From: an uncultured Solirubrobacterales bacterium
Lineage (GTDB): Bacteria > Actinomycetota > Thermoleophilia > Solirubrobacterales > Solirubrobacteraceae
DNA: 40,000 nucleotides
Assembly (NCBI GenBank): GCA_963787335.1
Contig: CAWBCU010000029.1
Span: 24,091 to 64,090, forward strand
Direction of reading: 5' to 3'
The notes under the pieces were generated by a model. That model was not told the origin of the DNA. It searched no databases and saw nothing but the letters and a program-made list of their open reading frames with translations. The position numbers and the translations under genes were made by a program. Shown in pieces: positions 8,228-16,155 of the stretch (positions within the stretch are counted from its first letter, which is position 1; every line of letters starts with the position of its first letter).

Positions 8228-9478
8228 ATGCGCGACCAGCGAGGACAGACGTCGGCGGAGTACATGGGCGGGCTGCTGCTCGTGGCCGTGATCATCGGCG
8301 CGCTGGTGGCCAGCGGCATCGGCGGGAAGATCGCCGACCACGCCGCGCAGGCGATCTGCGCGATCGCCGGCGAGGGCTGCACCGCCACGGCGAGTGCGTC
8401 GACCACCGAGGAGGGGCTGCGCGACCGGCTGGCCGCGCTGACGCCGCTCGTCAACGGCTCGGGCGGCGCGATCTCGGCGCTTGCGGCGCAGGCCCAGGCC
8501 GCCATCGACCGCGGCGAGCTCGACGAGGCGCGCCGGCTGATCGAGCGGCTCGAGCTCCTCCGCGGGCTGATCGAGGCCGGCCCGCGCGGGGAGACCCTCG
8601 AGGGCCTCGTCGCGCCGACCGACGCGGAGTACGCGGACCTGGTGGCGCAGGGCACGATCCAGGCGGACGACGACGCCACCAACCGCCGCTACTTCCAGAT
8701 CGAGCCCGCGCCGGGCCAGGGCATCCTCGCCATCGACCTCTTCATCCCCGGCGACACCGCCGGCCCGCTCAAGGGCGACGGCCGCGACTTCGCCAACCCG
8801 CTGCGCGACCCGGACCTGGCCGAGGCCGACTCGCGCGTGATGGTGATCATCGATCGCGAGACCGGCCGCGGCGTGATCGTCCAGACCGAGAGCTGCACCG
8901 CGTCGATCGGCGGCCGCAACTTCTGCAACGAGGCGCGCCCGATCTCGCTCAACGGCGACCTCGGGCTGATCGAGAACGACACCGAGAACGACGCCACCGG
9001 CGAGGGCGTCAACCTCGACGTGACCAACAGCTACAACGTGCACGCGGACGGCGACGGCGTGCAGATCGACTACGAGTCGCGCAACAGCGTGTCGCCGTTC
9101 CCGGCCATCAGCGGCGACATCACCCTCCAGCCCGACGGCGACGGCGCGCTCTCGATCACCGAGGACGACCGCGACCAGTTCCCGGCCTATGCGACCTACC
9201 AGTACCGCCCGGGCGAGCCCGACCGCCGGATCGAGCACCGCGACGCGGGCAGCCCGATCCAGCTCATCACCCCGCCCGACCTCCCCGACCTGCCGAACCT
9301 CCCGGACCTGCCCGGGCCGCTGCCGGACCTCCCGAACCTCCCGAACCTCCCGCAGCTGCCGCACCCGCCCAACCCGCCGAACCTGCCCGACCTCCCGGAT
9401 CTGCCCGACCTCCCGGACCTGCCGGGCCGGCTGCCGGACCTCCCGAACCTGCCCAATCTGCCGGACCTGCCTGGATGA
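8228..9478 (+). CDS. Membrane-anchored/secreted protein with Flp/TadE-type pilin-like N-terminus, unknown globular domain and C-terminal [D/N]LP repeat tail
   Basis: MRDQRG-QTSA-EY-MGGLLLVAVIIGALV fits the Flp prepilin G/xxxxEY motif plus a hydrophobic helix. About 290 aa of unrecognised sequence follow. The last 66 aa are tripeptide repeats. Confidence 0.6.
   Translation: MRDQRGQTSAEYMGGLLLVAVIIGALVASGIGGKIADHAAQAICAIAGEGCTATASASTTEEGLRDRLAALTPLVNGSGGAISALAAQAQAAIDRGELDEARRLIERLELLRGLIEAGPRGETLEGLVAPTDAEYADLVAQGTIQADDDATNRRYFQIEPAPGQGILAIDLFIPGDTAGPLKGDGRDFANPLRDPDLAEADSRVMVIIDRETGRGVIVQTESCTASIGGRNFCNEARPISLNGDLGLIENDTENDATGEGVNLDVTNSYNVHADGDGVQIDYESRNSVSPFPAISGDITLQPDGDGALSITEDDRDQFPAYATYQYRPGEPDRRIEHRDAGSPIQLITPPDLPDLPNLPDLPGPLPDLPNLPNLPQLPHPPNPPNLPDLPDLPDLPDLPGRLPDLPNLPNLPDLPG
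9278..9475 (+). repeat. In-frame tandem 9-bp repeat (about 22 units) encoding (D/N/Q)LP tripeptides, with a higher-order duplicated block
   Basis: Units of gacctcccg / aacctgccg type translate to DLPDLPNLPDLPGPLPDLPNLPNLPQLPHPPNPPNLPDLPDLPDLPDLPGRLPDLPNLPNLPDLPG. The block DLPG(P/R)LPDLPNLPNLP occurs twice. Confidence 0.9.
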
Positions 9479-10176
9479 GGGGTATGAACAACACGATGCT
9501 CGCTCGAATCGCCACCGCCGCGGCGCTCGCGGCCGCCCTCGGCGGCTGCGGGGAGACCGACGAGCCGGCGCAGAAGCGCGAGGCCCCGCGCGCTCCGACC
9601 GTCACACCGGCCCCGGCCGCGGGCAGCTTCCCCGCGAAACCGCAGGTCATCGACAAGTTCGACGACGACGGGTCGGGCTGGCCCCGCGACGGCTACCGCG
9701 ACGGTGCCTTCGTGCTTCCCGCGAAGGGCTCCGCCGCGGTCCTCGCGCCCGAGCGGATCGAGCCGGCGACCCGCGGCACGCTGACCGAGGTCATCGCCGA
9801 GCCGGCCCGCGGCGGCGCGGCCGGGCTGCTGTGTCGCGCCTCGGCCGACGGTGGCACGGGCTACGCGCTGCTGCTCGACTCGAATTCGACCGTGCAGCTC
9901 CTGCGCCTCGAGGACGGCAAGGTCGGGGTGCTCAAGAAGCACAAGCTGACCCCCAACGAGCGCAGCGATCCCGGGAAGCCCTCGCTGCTGCGGCTCGGCT
10001 GCGGCACGGCCAAGCCCGGGCAGCCGGTGACGCTGATCTACGCGATCAACGCGACGCCGTTCGGATACGTGACCGACCGCGTGAGCCTCGATCCCGGCGC
10101 CCAGGCCCGCGTGGGGCTGCTGGCGCGCGACGGCACCGCCCGCTTCGACGACTTCGCGCTCTACCTGGCGGGCTGA
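9475..10176 (+). CDS. Lipoprotein (possible LamG/jelly-roll-like domain)
   Basis: MRGMNNTMLARIATAAALAAALGGC carries the lipobox L-G-G-C. ATG 9475 overlaps the upstream TGA (ATGA); an alternative ATG is at 9484. The C-terminus ...GTARFDDFALYLAG resembles concanavalin-like folds (weak). Confidence 0.65.
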   Translation: MRGMNNTMLARIATAAALAAALGGCGETDEPAQKREAPRAPTVTPAPAAGSFPAKPQVIDKFDDDGSGWPRDGYRDGAFVLPAKGSAAVLAPERIEPATRGTLTEVIAEPARGGAAGLLCRASADGGTGYALLLDSNSTVQLLRLEDGKVGVLKKHKLTPNERSDPGKPSLLRLGCGTAKPGQPVTLIYAINATPFGYVTDRVSLDPGAQARVGLLARDGTARFDDFALYLAG

Positions 10177-11075
10177 CTCAGAGCTCGAGCTCGAGCCCGT
10201 CGTAAGCCGACCTCGACGCCGGCCCGCAGCACCGCGTCGCGCTCGGGCGAGTCCTCGAGCAGGACCGGGTTCGTGTTGTTGATGTGGACGAGGATCACCC
10301 GCGGGCGCTCGAGCCCGGCGAAGACCTCCAGCGTCCCGTCCGGGCCGGAGAGCGGCACGTGGCCCATCTGCGCCGCGGTGCGGTCGGAGATGCCGAGCCG
10401 CGCCAGCTCGTCGTCGCGCCAGAACGTCCCGTCGACGAGCACGACGTCGCTCGCCGCGAGCCGGCCGAGCACGTCGTCGTCGAGGCGCGCGAGGCCGGGC
10501 ACGTAGGTCAGCACCCCGCCGGTCGAGCGATCGCGGAAGACGAGCCCGGTCGCCTCGACGTCGGCGCCGGTCCCTTCGAGGTAGCGCGGCGCGTCGCCGC
10601 CCGCCGCGAACGACTCGACCTCGAGCGAGGAGCCGTCGAGGCCGACCCCGTTCGCGGGCTCGAGCGTCCGCCACTCGACGCCGCTGTAGTCGCCGAGCAT
10701 CCGCAGCACGGGATAGCCGTCGGTCAGCGCCTGGCGGACCTGCTCGCTGCCGTACACCCGGATCGGCGTCGACGACTCGCGCAGCAGCAGGAGGCCGGCG
10801 GCGTGGTCGATCTCCGCGTCCGTCAACAGGACCGCGGCCACCGGCGCGGCGCGGACGTCGTTGACGCCCTCCGCGCCGAGCCCCTCGAGTTGCTCGCGCA
10901 GATCCGGCGAGGCGTTGGCGAGGAACCACGGGCCGTCCGCCCCGCGGATCGCGATCGACGACTGCGTCCGCGAGCGCGCGCCGTTGCCGCTGCGAGCGGC
11001 CTCGCAGGTCGGGCAGTGGCAGTTCCACTGCGGGAAGCCGCCGCCGGCGGCAGAGCCGAGAATTCGTGCGCGCAT
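10161..11075 (-). CDS. pqqB: PQQ biosynthesis protein B (metallo-beta-lactamase fold); the 3' end looks frameshifted, with the canonical end at 10178
   Basis: MRARILGSAAGGGFPQWNCHCPTCEAAR...ILVHINNTNPVLLEDSPERDAVLRAGVEV. After GVEV the as-given frame reads GLRRARARALSQPAR*. Skipping one C at 10207-10208 gives AYDGLELEL* (stop 10178-10180), the usual PqqB ending. SD GAAGGAAAC precedes ATG 11075. Confidence 0.9.
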   Translation of the reverse strand: MRARILGSAAGGGFPQWNCHCPTCEAARSGNGARSRTQSSIAIRGADGPWFLANASPDLREQLEGLGAEGVNDVRAAPVAAVLLTDAEIDHAAGLLLLRESSTPIRVYGSEQVRQALTDGYPVLRMLGDYSGVEWRTLEPANGVGLDGSSLEVESFAAGGDAPRYLEGTGADVEATGLVFRDRSTGGVLTYVPGLARLDDDVLGRLAASDVVLVDGTFWRDDELARLGISDRTAAQMGHVPLSGPDGTLEVFAGLERPRVILVHINNTNPVLLEDSPERDAVLRAGVEVGLRRARARALSQPAR

Positions 11076-11110
11076 GTTTCCTTCGGAGCGCGCGATGATA
11101 AAAGGAAGGG

Positions 11111-12628
11111 ATGCAGGTGGAGCTGACCGCAACGAAACCGGCCGAGGTGGAGGCCGACGTGCTTGCGATGGCCGCGGGCGGCCTGGGCGTGCGCAGGCTC
11201 GACGCGCTCTTCGAGGGGCGGCTGGTCCGCGCGGCGGCCAGCGCCGATCCGGTGGCGGTGGTGCCGGTCACGCGCGAGGTGCGTGCGCGCAGCATCGCGC
11301 TGGTCAAGCTCGACGCTGCCGAGCCCGCCGACCTGCAGCTCGCGGCGGCCCGGGCGGTGCGCGCGCACGTCGGCGGCGGGACGCTCGCGTGGGCGCTCGA
11401 CGACACGCTGCCGATCGCGATGCGCCTGCAGGTCCCGCCGATCGTCGAAGGCGCCGTCCTGGGCTCCTACGAGCCCGGCCGCTGGAAGAGCGGCGAGCCC
11501 AAGCCCGGGGTCGACCGCTTCGTCGTGTGCGGGGCGGACGAGGACGAGGAGCGGCTGCGCGACTCCGCGACGCACGCCGAGGTCACCGCGCGCTGGACGA
11601 ACGTCGCGCGCGAGCTCGTCGACGGGCCGCCCAACTTCGTCACCCCCACGAGCCTGGCCGAGCGCGCCGCCGCGCTTCCCGGCGTCAGCGTCGAGGTCAT
11701 CGATCCTGCCGCCGCCGGGCTGACGGCGCTGACCGCGGTGGGCGGGTCGAGCGCGCAGGCGCCGAAGCTCATCGTCCTGCGCAACGAGCCCGCCGGCGCG
11801 CCCGAGCGGCCGCTGCTGGCGCTCGTGGGCAAGGCCGTCACGTTCGACGCCGGCGGCTACTTCCTCAAGCCGCAGTCCGACATCGTGCGCCAGAAGGGCG
11901 ACATGGCCGCGGGGGCGGCGGTGCTCGCCGCGCTCGGCGCCATCGCCGAGCTGGAGCTGCCGGTCAATGTGATCGGCGTCATCCCCGCCTGCGAGAACAT
12001 GATCGGCCCCGACGCGATCCGCCCGTCCGACGTGATCCAGACGGCCTCCGGCCTGACCGTCGAGGTGACGAACCCCGACGCCGAGGGCCGGCTGATCCTC
12101 GCCGACGCGCTCTGGTTCGCGCGCCGCCAGGGCGCGACCCACCTGATCGACCTCGCAACGCTGACGGGCGCGATGCGGGCCGGGATGGGCGACCTCTACG
12201 GCGGCGTCTTCTCCAACGACAAGACCTGGCTCGACGCGGTCGTGGACGCCGGCAACGCGTCCGGCGATCTCGCCTGGCCGTGGCCGCTGCACCCGCGCTA
12301 CAAGCGTCTTCTGGAGTCGCGCGTCGCCGACCTGCGCAACACCTCGGGGCGGCCGTACGGCTATCCGATCACCGCCGCCAGCTTCCTGGAGCACTTCGCG
12401 GGCGACGGCCCGTGGGCGCACGTCGACATGCTCGGGCCGGCGCTGCTCGACGACGATCGCGGCGACGCGATCGGCGAGGGCGCGAGCGGCTACGGCGTGC
12501 GCATGCTCGTCGAGCTCAGCTCGCGCATGGCGGCCGCGCTGCGGCGCGGCGCGCAGGAGGCGGCGCAGCAGGCGGGCGCCCGGGCGATGCGGTCGTTCAG
12601 GCGCAAGCAGGAGGACGACGACGACTGA
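11111..12628 (+). CDS. pepA: M17 leucyl aminopeptidase
   Basis: 505-aa ORF with VGKAVTFDAGGYFLKP, DMAAGAAV and VEVTNPDAEGRLILADAL (the NTDAEGRL motif region). SD AAAGGAAGGG precedes the ATG. Confidence 0.9.
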   Translation: MQVELTATKPAEVEADVLAMAAGGLGVRRLDALFEGRLVRAAASADPVAVVPVTREVRARSIALVKLDAAEPADLQLAAARAVRAHVGGGTLAWALDDTLPIAMRLQVPPIVEGAVLGSYEPGRWKSGEPKPGVDRFVVCGADEDEERLRDSATHAEVTARWTNVARELVDGPPNFVTPTSLAERAAALPGVSVEVIDPAAAGLTALTAVGGSSAQAPKLIVLRNEPAGAPERPLLALVGKAVTFDAGGYFLKPQSDIVRQKGDMAAGAAVLAALGAIAELELPVNVIGVIPACENMIGPDAIRPSDVIQTASGLTVEVTNPDAEGRLILADALWFARRQGATHLIDLATLTGAMRAGMGDLYGGVFSNDKTWLDAVVDAGNASGDLAWPWPLHPRYKRLLESRVADLRNTSGRPYGYPITAASFLEHFAGDGPWAHVDMLGPALLDDDRGDAIGEGASGYGVRMLVELSSRMAAALRRGAQEAAQQAGARAMRSFRRKQEDDDD

Positions 12629-12676
12629 GCCGGCCCTCGACGCCGGGCTCCGATCACCGTAAACTCCGGTTTGCTG

Positions 12677-14071
12677 ATGAGTGAGGCTGGCAAGCGTCAT
12701 CGCCCCAATGACGCGGAGCGGTACCAGGCGGTGAGGGCGGCACGCGAACGCTTCCTCGCCGGCGATGACCGTGTGCGGGGGGTCCGGCCCGAGGTGGCGA
12801 CATCGTGGTACCGCTGCCGCGAGCAGTACCACGTCGACCCGCGGCTGGAGCGCGCGCCGCCCGCCCACGCCGAGCCGTCGGCCGAGCACACGCTCGAGCA
12901 GGCGGTCGTGTTCGCCCACCTCGGCGGCGCCGCGATGTCGATCGCGCCCGAGGTCGAGAGCCTCGGGGGCGTCGTCACGGTCACCGACGGCGCCGCCCAG
13001 ATCCTGAGCGTCCACGGCGACCCGAGCACGCTGCGTCGCGCGCGCGAGAGCAACATGGCGCCGTGGTCGTGCTGGTCGGAGTGGGCGACCGGGACGAACG
13101 GGATGGGCACCGCGCTGGAGGCTCCCGGACCGGTGCTGATCAGCGGGCCCGAGCACTGGTGCGAGGGCCTCGACGAGTGGGTCTGTGGCGGCGTGGCCGT
13201 CCGCGACCCGGTGACGGCCGACCCCCTCGCGGTCCTCGACGTCTCGACGTGGCGCCACAACCTGCCCGCGCAGGCAGCCGGCTGGCTGTCCAACGCGGTG
13301 AGCGGCGCGCGCGCGGTCCTGCGCCAGCGCGCCCGCGACAGCGGCGGCGAGCTGGCCACCGCGTTCGCCCAGGCGAGCGCGCGGTCCGGCCAGGCGCTCG
13401 CGGCGCTGGACGCGAGCGGCAAGGTCGTCATCGCCGACGAAGAGGCCAGCCTCCTGCTCGGCGTCCCCGCGCGCGTGCCGGCGCTCGACCCGACCGTGCG
13501 CTGGCGTCCGGCGCTCGACCTCGGGAGGCTGACCCGTCACGCGACCAAGCAGGCCCGTCTCGACCGCAACTGGGTGGGCTCGACGCAGATCGCGACCGGG
13601 CTGACCACGGAGCCCCTTCGGCTCACCCTGCGCCCGGTGTTCCTCGGCGACCAGCCGATCGGGGCGCTCGCCGTGTTCGGATCCGAGAGCGGGGACCCCG
13701 TCGAGAGCGACGCACCCGAGCGCGTGATGAGCCCGCCGTCCCGGATCGTGGGCGTCAGCGGCGAGCGCATGGTCCTGCTGCACCGGGAGGAGGTGCACTT
13801 CGCCGAGGCCGACGGCAGCGACGTCTGGCTCGACACCGACGAAGGTCGCCTGCAAGCCTCGGTCCATGGCATCGACAAGCTCGAGGACGAGCTGGCGGGC
13901 AGCGAGTTCGTGCGCGTCCACCGGCGCTTCCTCGTCAACCTGAACTGCGTCAGGGCGATCGACCGGGGGAAGCGCGGCGAGTTGATGCTGGTCATCGACA
14001 GCCCGGCGCGCGACGCCGTGCCCGTGTCCCGCCGCAACGTGCCCGCCGTCCGGCGCGCGCTCGGGATCTAG
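12677..14071 (+). CDS. Transcriptional regulator: AcoR-like N-terminal/GAF sensor region fused to a C-terminal LytTR DNA-binding domain
   Basis: N-terminus: RERFLAGDDRVRGVRPEVATSWYRCREQYHVDP (AcoR/GAF-type regulators). C-terminus: VLLHREEVHFAEADGSDVWLDTDEGRLQASVHGIDKLEDELAGSEFVRVHRRFLVNLNCVRAI, the LytTR pattern (i.yieA.g.y....t......r.sl..le..L....F.R.HRsfiVNl..v). First ATG at 12677; the ORF track opens at TTG 12671. Confidence 0.7.
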   Translation: MSEAGKRHRPNDAERYQAVRAARERFLAGDDRVRGVRPEVATSWYRCREQYHVDPRLERAPPAHAEPSAEHTLEQAVVFAHLGGAAMSIAPEVESLGGVVTVTDGAAQILSVHGDPSTLRRARESNMAPWSCWSEWATGTNGMGTALEAPGPVLISGPEHWCEGLDEWVCGGVAVRDPVTADPLAVLDVSTWRHNLPAQAAGWLSNAVSGARAVLRQRARDSGGELATAFAQASARSGQALAALDASGKVVIADEEASLLLGVPARVPALDPTVRWRPALDLGRLTRHATKQARLDRNWVGSTQIATGLTTEPLRLTLRPVFLGDQPIGALAVFGSESGDPVESDAPERVMSPPSRIVGVSGERMVLLHREEVHFAEADGSDVWLDTDEGRLQASVHGIDKLEDELAGSEFVRVHRRFLVNLNCVRAIDRGKRGELMLVIDSPARDAVPVSRRNVPAVRRALGI

Positions 14072-15174
14072 GCGCGCTCGGCGAGCGGCGCGCGCTTCAT
14101 CGTGCGATAGACGAACTCGTCGGTCTGCGCCTGCTCGCGGGCCGCGACGACCTTCTCGTGGTGCGGTGAGTAGCGGCACACGGGATCGGTGGCCGCGGCG
14201 TCGCCGGTGAGGCGGAGCGCCTGGCAGCGGCAGCCGCCCCAGTCCTCCTCCTGCCGGTCGAGCGGGCACGAGCGGCACGGCTCCGGCATCCAGTCCGTGC
14301 CGCGGAAGTGCGTGAACGCGTCCGACTCGTTCCAGATCCACCCGAGCGAGTGGTCCTTCACGTTGGGGAACTCGAGGCCGGGGATCGTCGCCGCGGCCTG
14401 GCACGGGAGCGCCTCGCCGTTGGGCGCGATCACCATCGTCGTCCGCCCCCAGCCGCCCATGCACGGCTTCGGCAGGTCCTCGTAGATGTCCGGCAGCACC
14501 CACAGGACGGTGATGCGCGGGCCGACGCGCTCGCGGAAGCGGCGCACCGCCTCCTCCCCGCGCTCGAGCTGCTCGCGCGTCGGGATCAGCGCCTGCTCGT
14601 TCACGACGGCCCAGCCGTAGTACTGGGTGTTCGCGAGCTCCAGCCGCTGCGCGCCGAGCTCCTCCGTGAGCGCGAGGATCTCCTCGATCCGGTCGAGGTT
14701 CTGGCGGTGCAGGACGCAGTTGACCGTGAGCGGGAAGCCGAGCTCGCGCGCCGCGCGGGCGGCCGCGATCTTCTTCTCGAACGAGCGGATGCCGCCGATG
14801 CGGTCGTTCTCCTCGGGGTCGGGGCTCTGGATCGAGACCTGGACGTGGTCCAGCCCGGCCTCCTTCAGCTCCGCGGCGCGCTCGGGCGTGAAGCGCGTGC
14901 CCGCGGTCACGAGCGTCGAGTACAGGCCGGCCGCGCGCCCGGCGGCCACGAGCTCGTCGAGGTCCTTGCGCAGCATCGGCTCGCCGCCGGTCAGCGCGAG
15001 CTGCAGGACGCCGAGCTGCCGCGCCTCGCCGAGGACGCGGGTCCAGTCCTCGGTTTCGAGCTGCGTGCGCCAGCGGGGGCCGCCGATGTCCACCGGGTTC
15101 GAGCAGTACGGGCAGTGCAGCGGGCACTGGTACGTGAGCTCCGCGACGAGCGTGTAGGGCTTAGGCGGCAGCAT
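14068..15174 (-). CDS. pqqE: PQQ biosynthesis radical-SAM/SPASM enzyme PqqE
   Basis: MLPPKPYTLVAELTYQCPLHCPYCSNP (CxxxCxxC) and a C-terminal Cys-rich SPASM region (CRSCPLDRQEEDWGGCRCQA). Intact 368-aa frame. Confidence 0.95.
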   Translation of the reverse strand: MLPPKPYTLVAELTYQCPLHCPYCSNPVDIGGPRWRTQLETEDWTRVLGEARQLGVLQLALTGGEPMLRKDLDELVAAGRAAGLYSTLVTAGTRFTPERAAELKEAGLDHVQVSIQSPDPEENDRIGGIRSFEKKIAAARAARELGFPLTVNCVLHRQNLDRIEEILALTEELGAQRLELANTQYYGWAVVNEQALIPTREQLERGEEAVRRFRERVGPRITVLWVLPDIYEDLPKPCMGGWGRTTMVIAPNGEALPCQAAATIPGLEFPNVKDHSLGWIWNESDAFTHFRGTDWMPEPCRSCPLDRQEEDWGGCRCQALRLTGDAAATDPVCRYSPHHEKVVAAREQAQTDEFVYRTMKRAPLAERA

Positions 15175-15425
15175 CGACCACCAGCCCCCGCGCGCCCATG
15201 CCGCCGATCAGCTCGCGCACGTCGTCGGTCACATCCGCGCCCGCGTAGCGCTCCGAGAGCGTCGCCGCGATGTCGTCCAGCGAGCGCCGGCCGTCGCACA
15301 GCTCGAGCACGTGGACCGCGGTCTGGTTCAGGCGCACGGCGCCCTCCGGGACGAGCAGCAGATGCTCGCCCGCGCACGTCGTCGTACTGGAGGCGGACGC
15401 CGTCGACGAGCCGGGGGCGGTTCAT
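15161..15425 (-). CDS. pqqD: PQQ biosynthesis chaperone PqqD; frame interrupted near 15369-15371
   Basis: ATG 15425 overlaps the pqqC stop. MNRPRLVDGVRLQYDDVRG then goes out of frame. Removing one base of the CCC run at 15369-15371 gives ...VRGEHLLLVPEGAVRLNQTAVHVLELCDGRRSLDDIAATLSERYAGADVTDDVRELIGGMGARGLVVDAAA* (TAA 15161-15163), overlapping the pqqE start. Span is 265 nt = 3n+1. Confidence 0.8.
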
Positions 15426-16132
15426 GGCGCGACCGGCGGTTGCGTGTCGCCGCGCTCGATCGCCTCGAGCTGCGCCCACAGCACCTCCGTCTTGAACTTG
15501 AGCGCCGCGACCGCACGGTCCTGCTGCTCGCGCGTCAGGCAGCGCTCCACCACGAGCCCGAGCGCGTAGTCGGCGTCGCGCGGCGCCTGCTCGAGGCGGT
15601 CGCGGAAGTACTGGAGGCCGGCCGGGTCGATCCACGGATAGTGGCGCTCGAGCGCCGCGAGGCGCACGCGGATCGCGCTCGGGCCGAACAGCTCCGTGAG
15701 CGACGACGCGACGGCCTCGATCCAGGGCCGCTGGCGCGCGAAGTTGATGTACGCGTCGACCGCGTAGCGCACCGCCGGGAGCACGTGCCGCTCCGACGTC
15801 AGCTCGTCGCGCGGGACCCCGAGCGCCTCGCCGAGGCGCAGCCAGGACTCGATCCCACCGGTGCCCTCGGCCGTGCCGTCGTGGTCGATGATCCGCGAGA
15901 TCCACTCGCGGCGCACCGCGACCTCGGGGCAGTTGGACATGATCGCCGCATCCTTGAGCGGGATGGCCTGCTGGTAGCAGAAGCGGTTGGCGACCCATCG
16001 CTGCAGCTCCTCGCGCGTCAGCTCCCCCGCGTCCATCCGGACGTGGAAGGGGTGCAGGTTGTGGTAGCGCGTGCCCTGCGCGCGAAGGCGTTCTACGAAG
16101 CCGGCGTGGTCCCGGTCTGCTCCGGGAGCCAC
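15422..16132 (-). CDS. pqqC: Pyrroloquinoline-quinone synthase PqqC
   Basis: ...YHNLHPFHVRMDAGELTREELQRWVANRFCYQQAIPLKDAAIMSNCP...SRIIDHDG... is the canonical PqqC sequence pattern. GTG start at 16132. Confidence 0.95.
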   Translation of the reverse strand: MAPGADRDHAGFVERLRAQGTRYHNLHPFHVRMDAGELTREELQRWVANRFCYQQAIPLKDAAIMSNCPEVAVRREWISRIIDHDGTAEGTGGIESWLRLGEALGVPRDELTSERHVLPAVRYAVDAYINFARQRPWIEAVASSLTELFGPSAIRVRLAALERHYPWIDPAGLQYFRDRLEQAPRDADYALGLVVERCLTREQQDRAVAALKFKTEVLWAQLEAIERGDTQPPVAP

Positions 16133-16155
16133 GCCTGCTTCCGACGTCTGTCCCT

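Noticed and set aside
4872-9364. Long antisense ORFs 4872..6896 (674 aa) and 6788..9364 (858 aa), and similarly 9196..11406 (736 aa)
   Set aside because: They lie opposite genes with clear family motifs. Their composition is dominated by R/A/G/P/D, and they contain no motifs. I treat them as GC-driven artefacts.
9278-9475. Regular short repeats that might suggest a CRISPR array or a non-coding VNTR
   Set aside because: The period is 9 bp with no spacers. The array is in frame within a protein-coding ORF and translates to a coherent (D/N)LP motif. No cas genes are present.
12628-12650. Hairpin gagccggc-cctcgac-gccgggctc just after the pepA stop, as an intrinsic terminator
   Set aside because: The stem is imperfect (one bulge), no T-tract follows, and comparable GC palindromes are frequent in this composition. 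That is not enough support to call a terminator.
10823-15127. 1434-aa ORF on the minus strand, the longest in the window
   Set aside because: It is Arg/Ala/Gly/Pro-rich and low in complexity. It runs antisense to the well-supported pepA and regulator genes and out of frame across pqqE, and I see no recognisable motif. This is a typical shadow ORF of very GC-rich DNA.
14991-15998. 335-aa minus-strand ORF spanning pqqC/pqqD/pqqE
   Set aside because: It exists only because the pqqD frame is diverted by the extra base at 15369-15371. Its only genuine stretch is the 19-aa pqqD N-terminus MNRPRLVDGVRLQYDDVRG at nt 15425-15369; the rest of its translation is Arg-rich nonsense.
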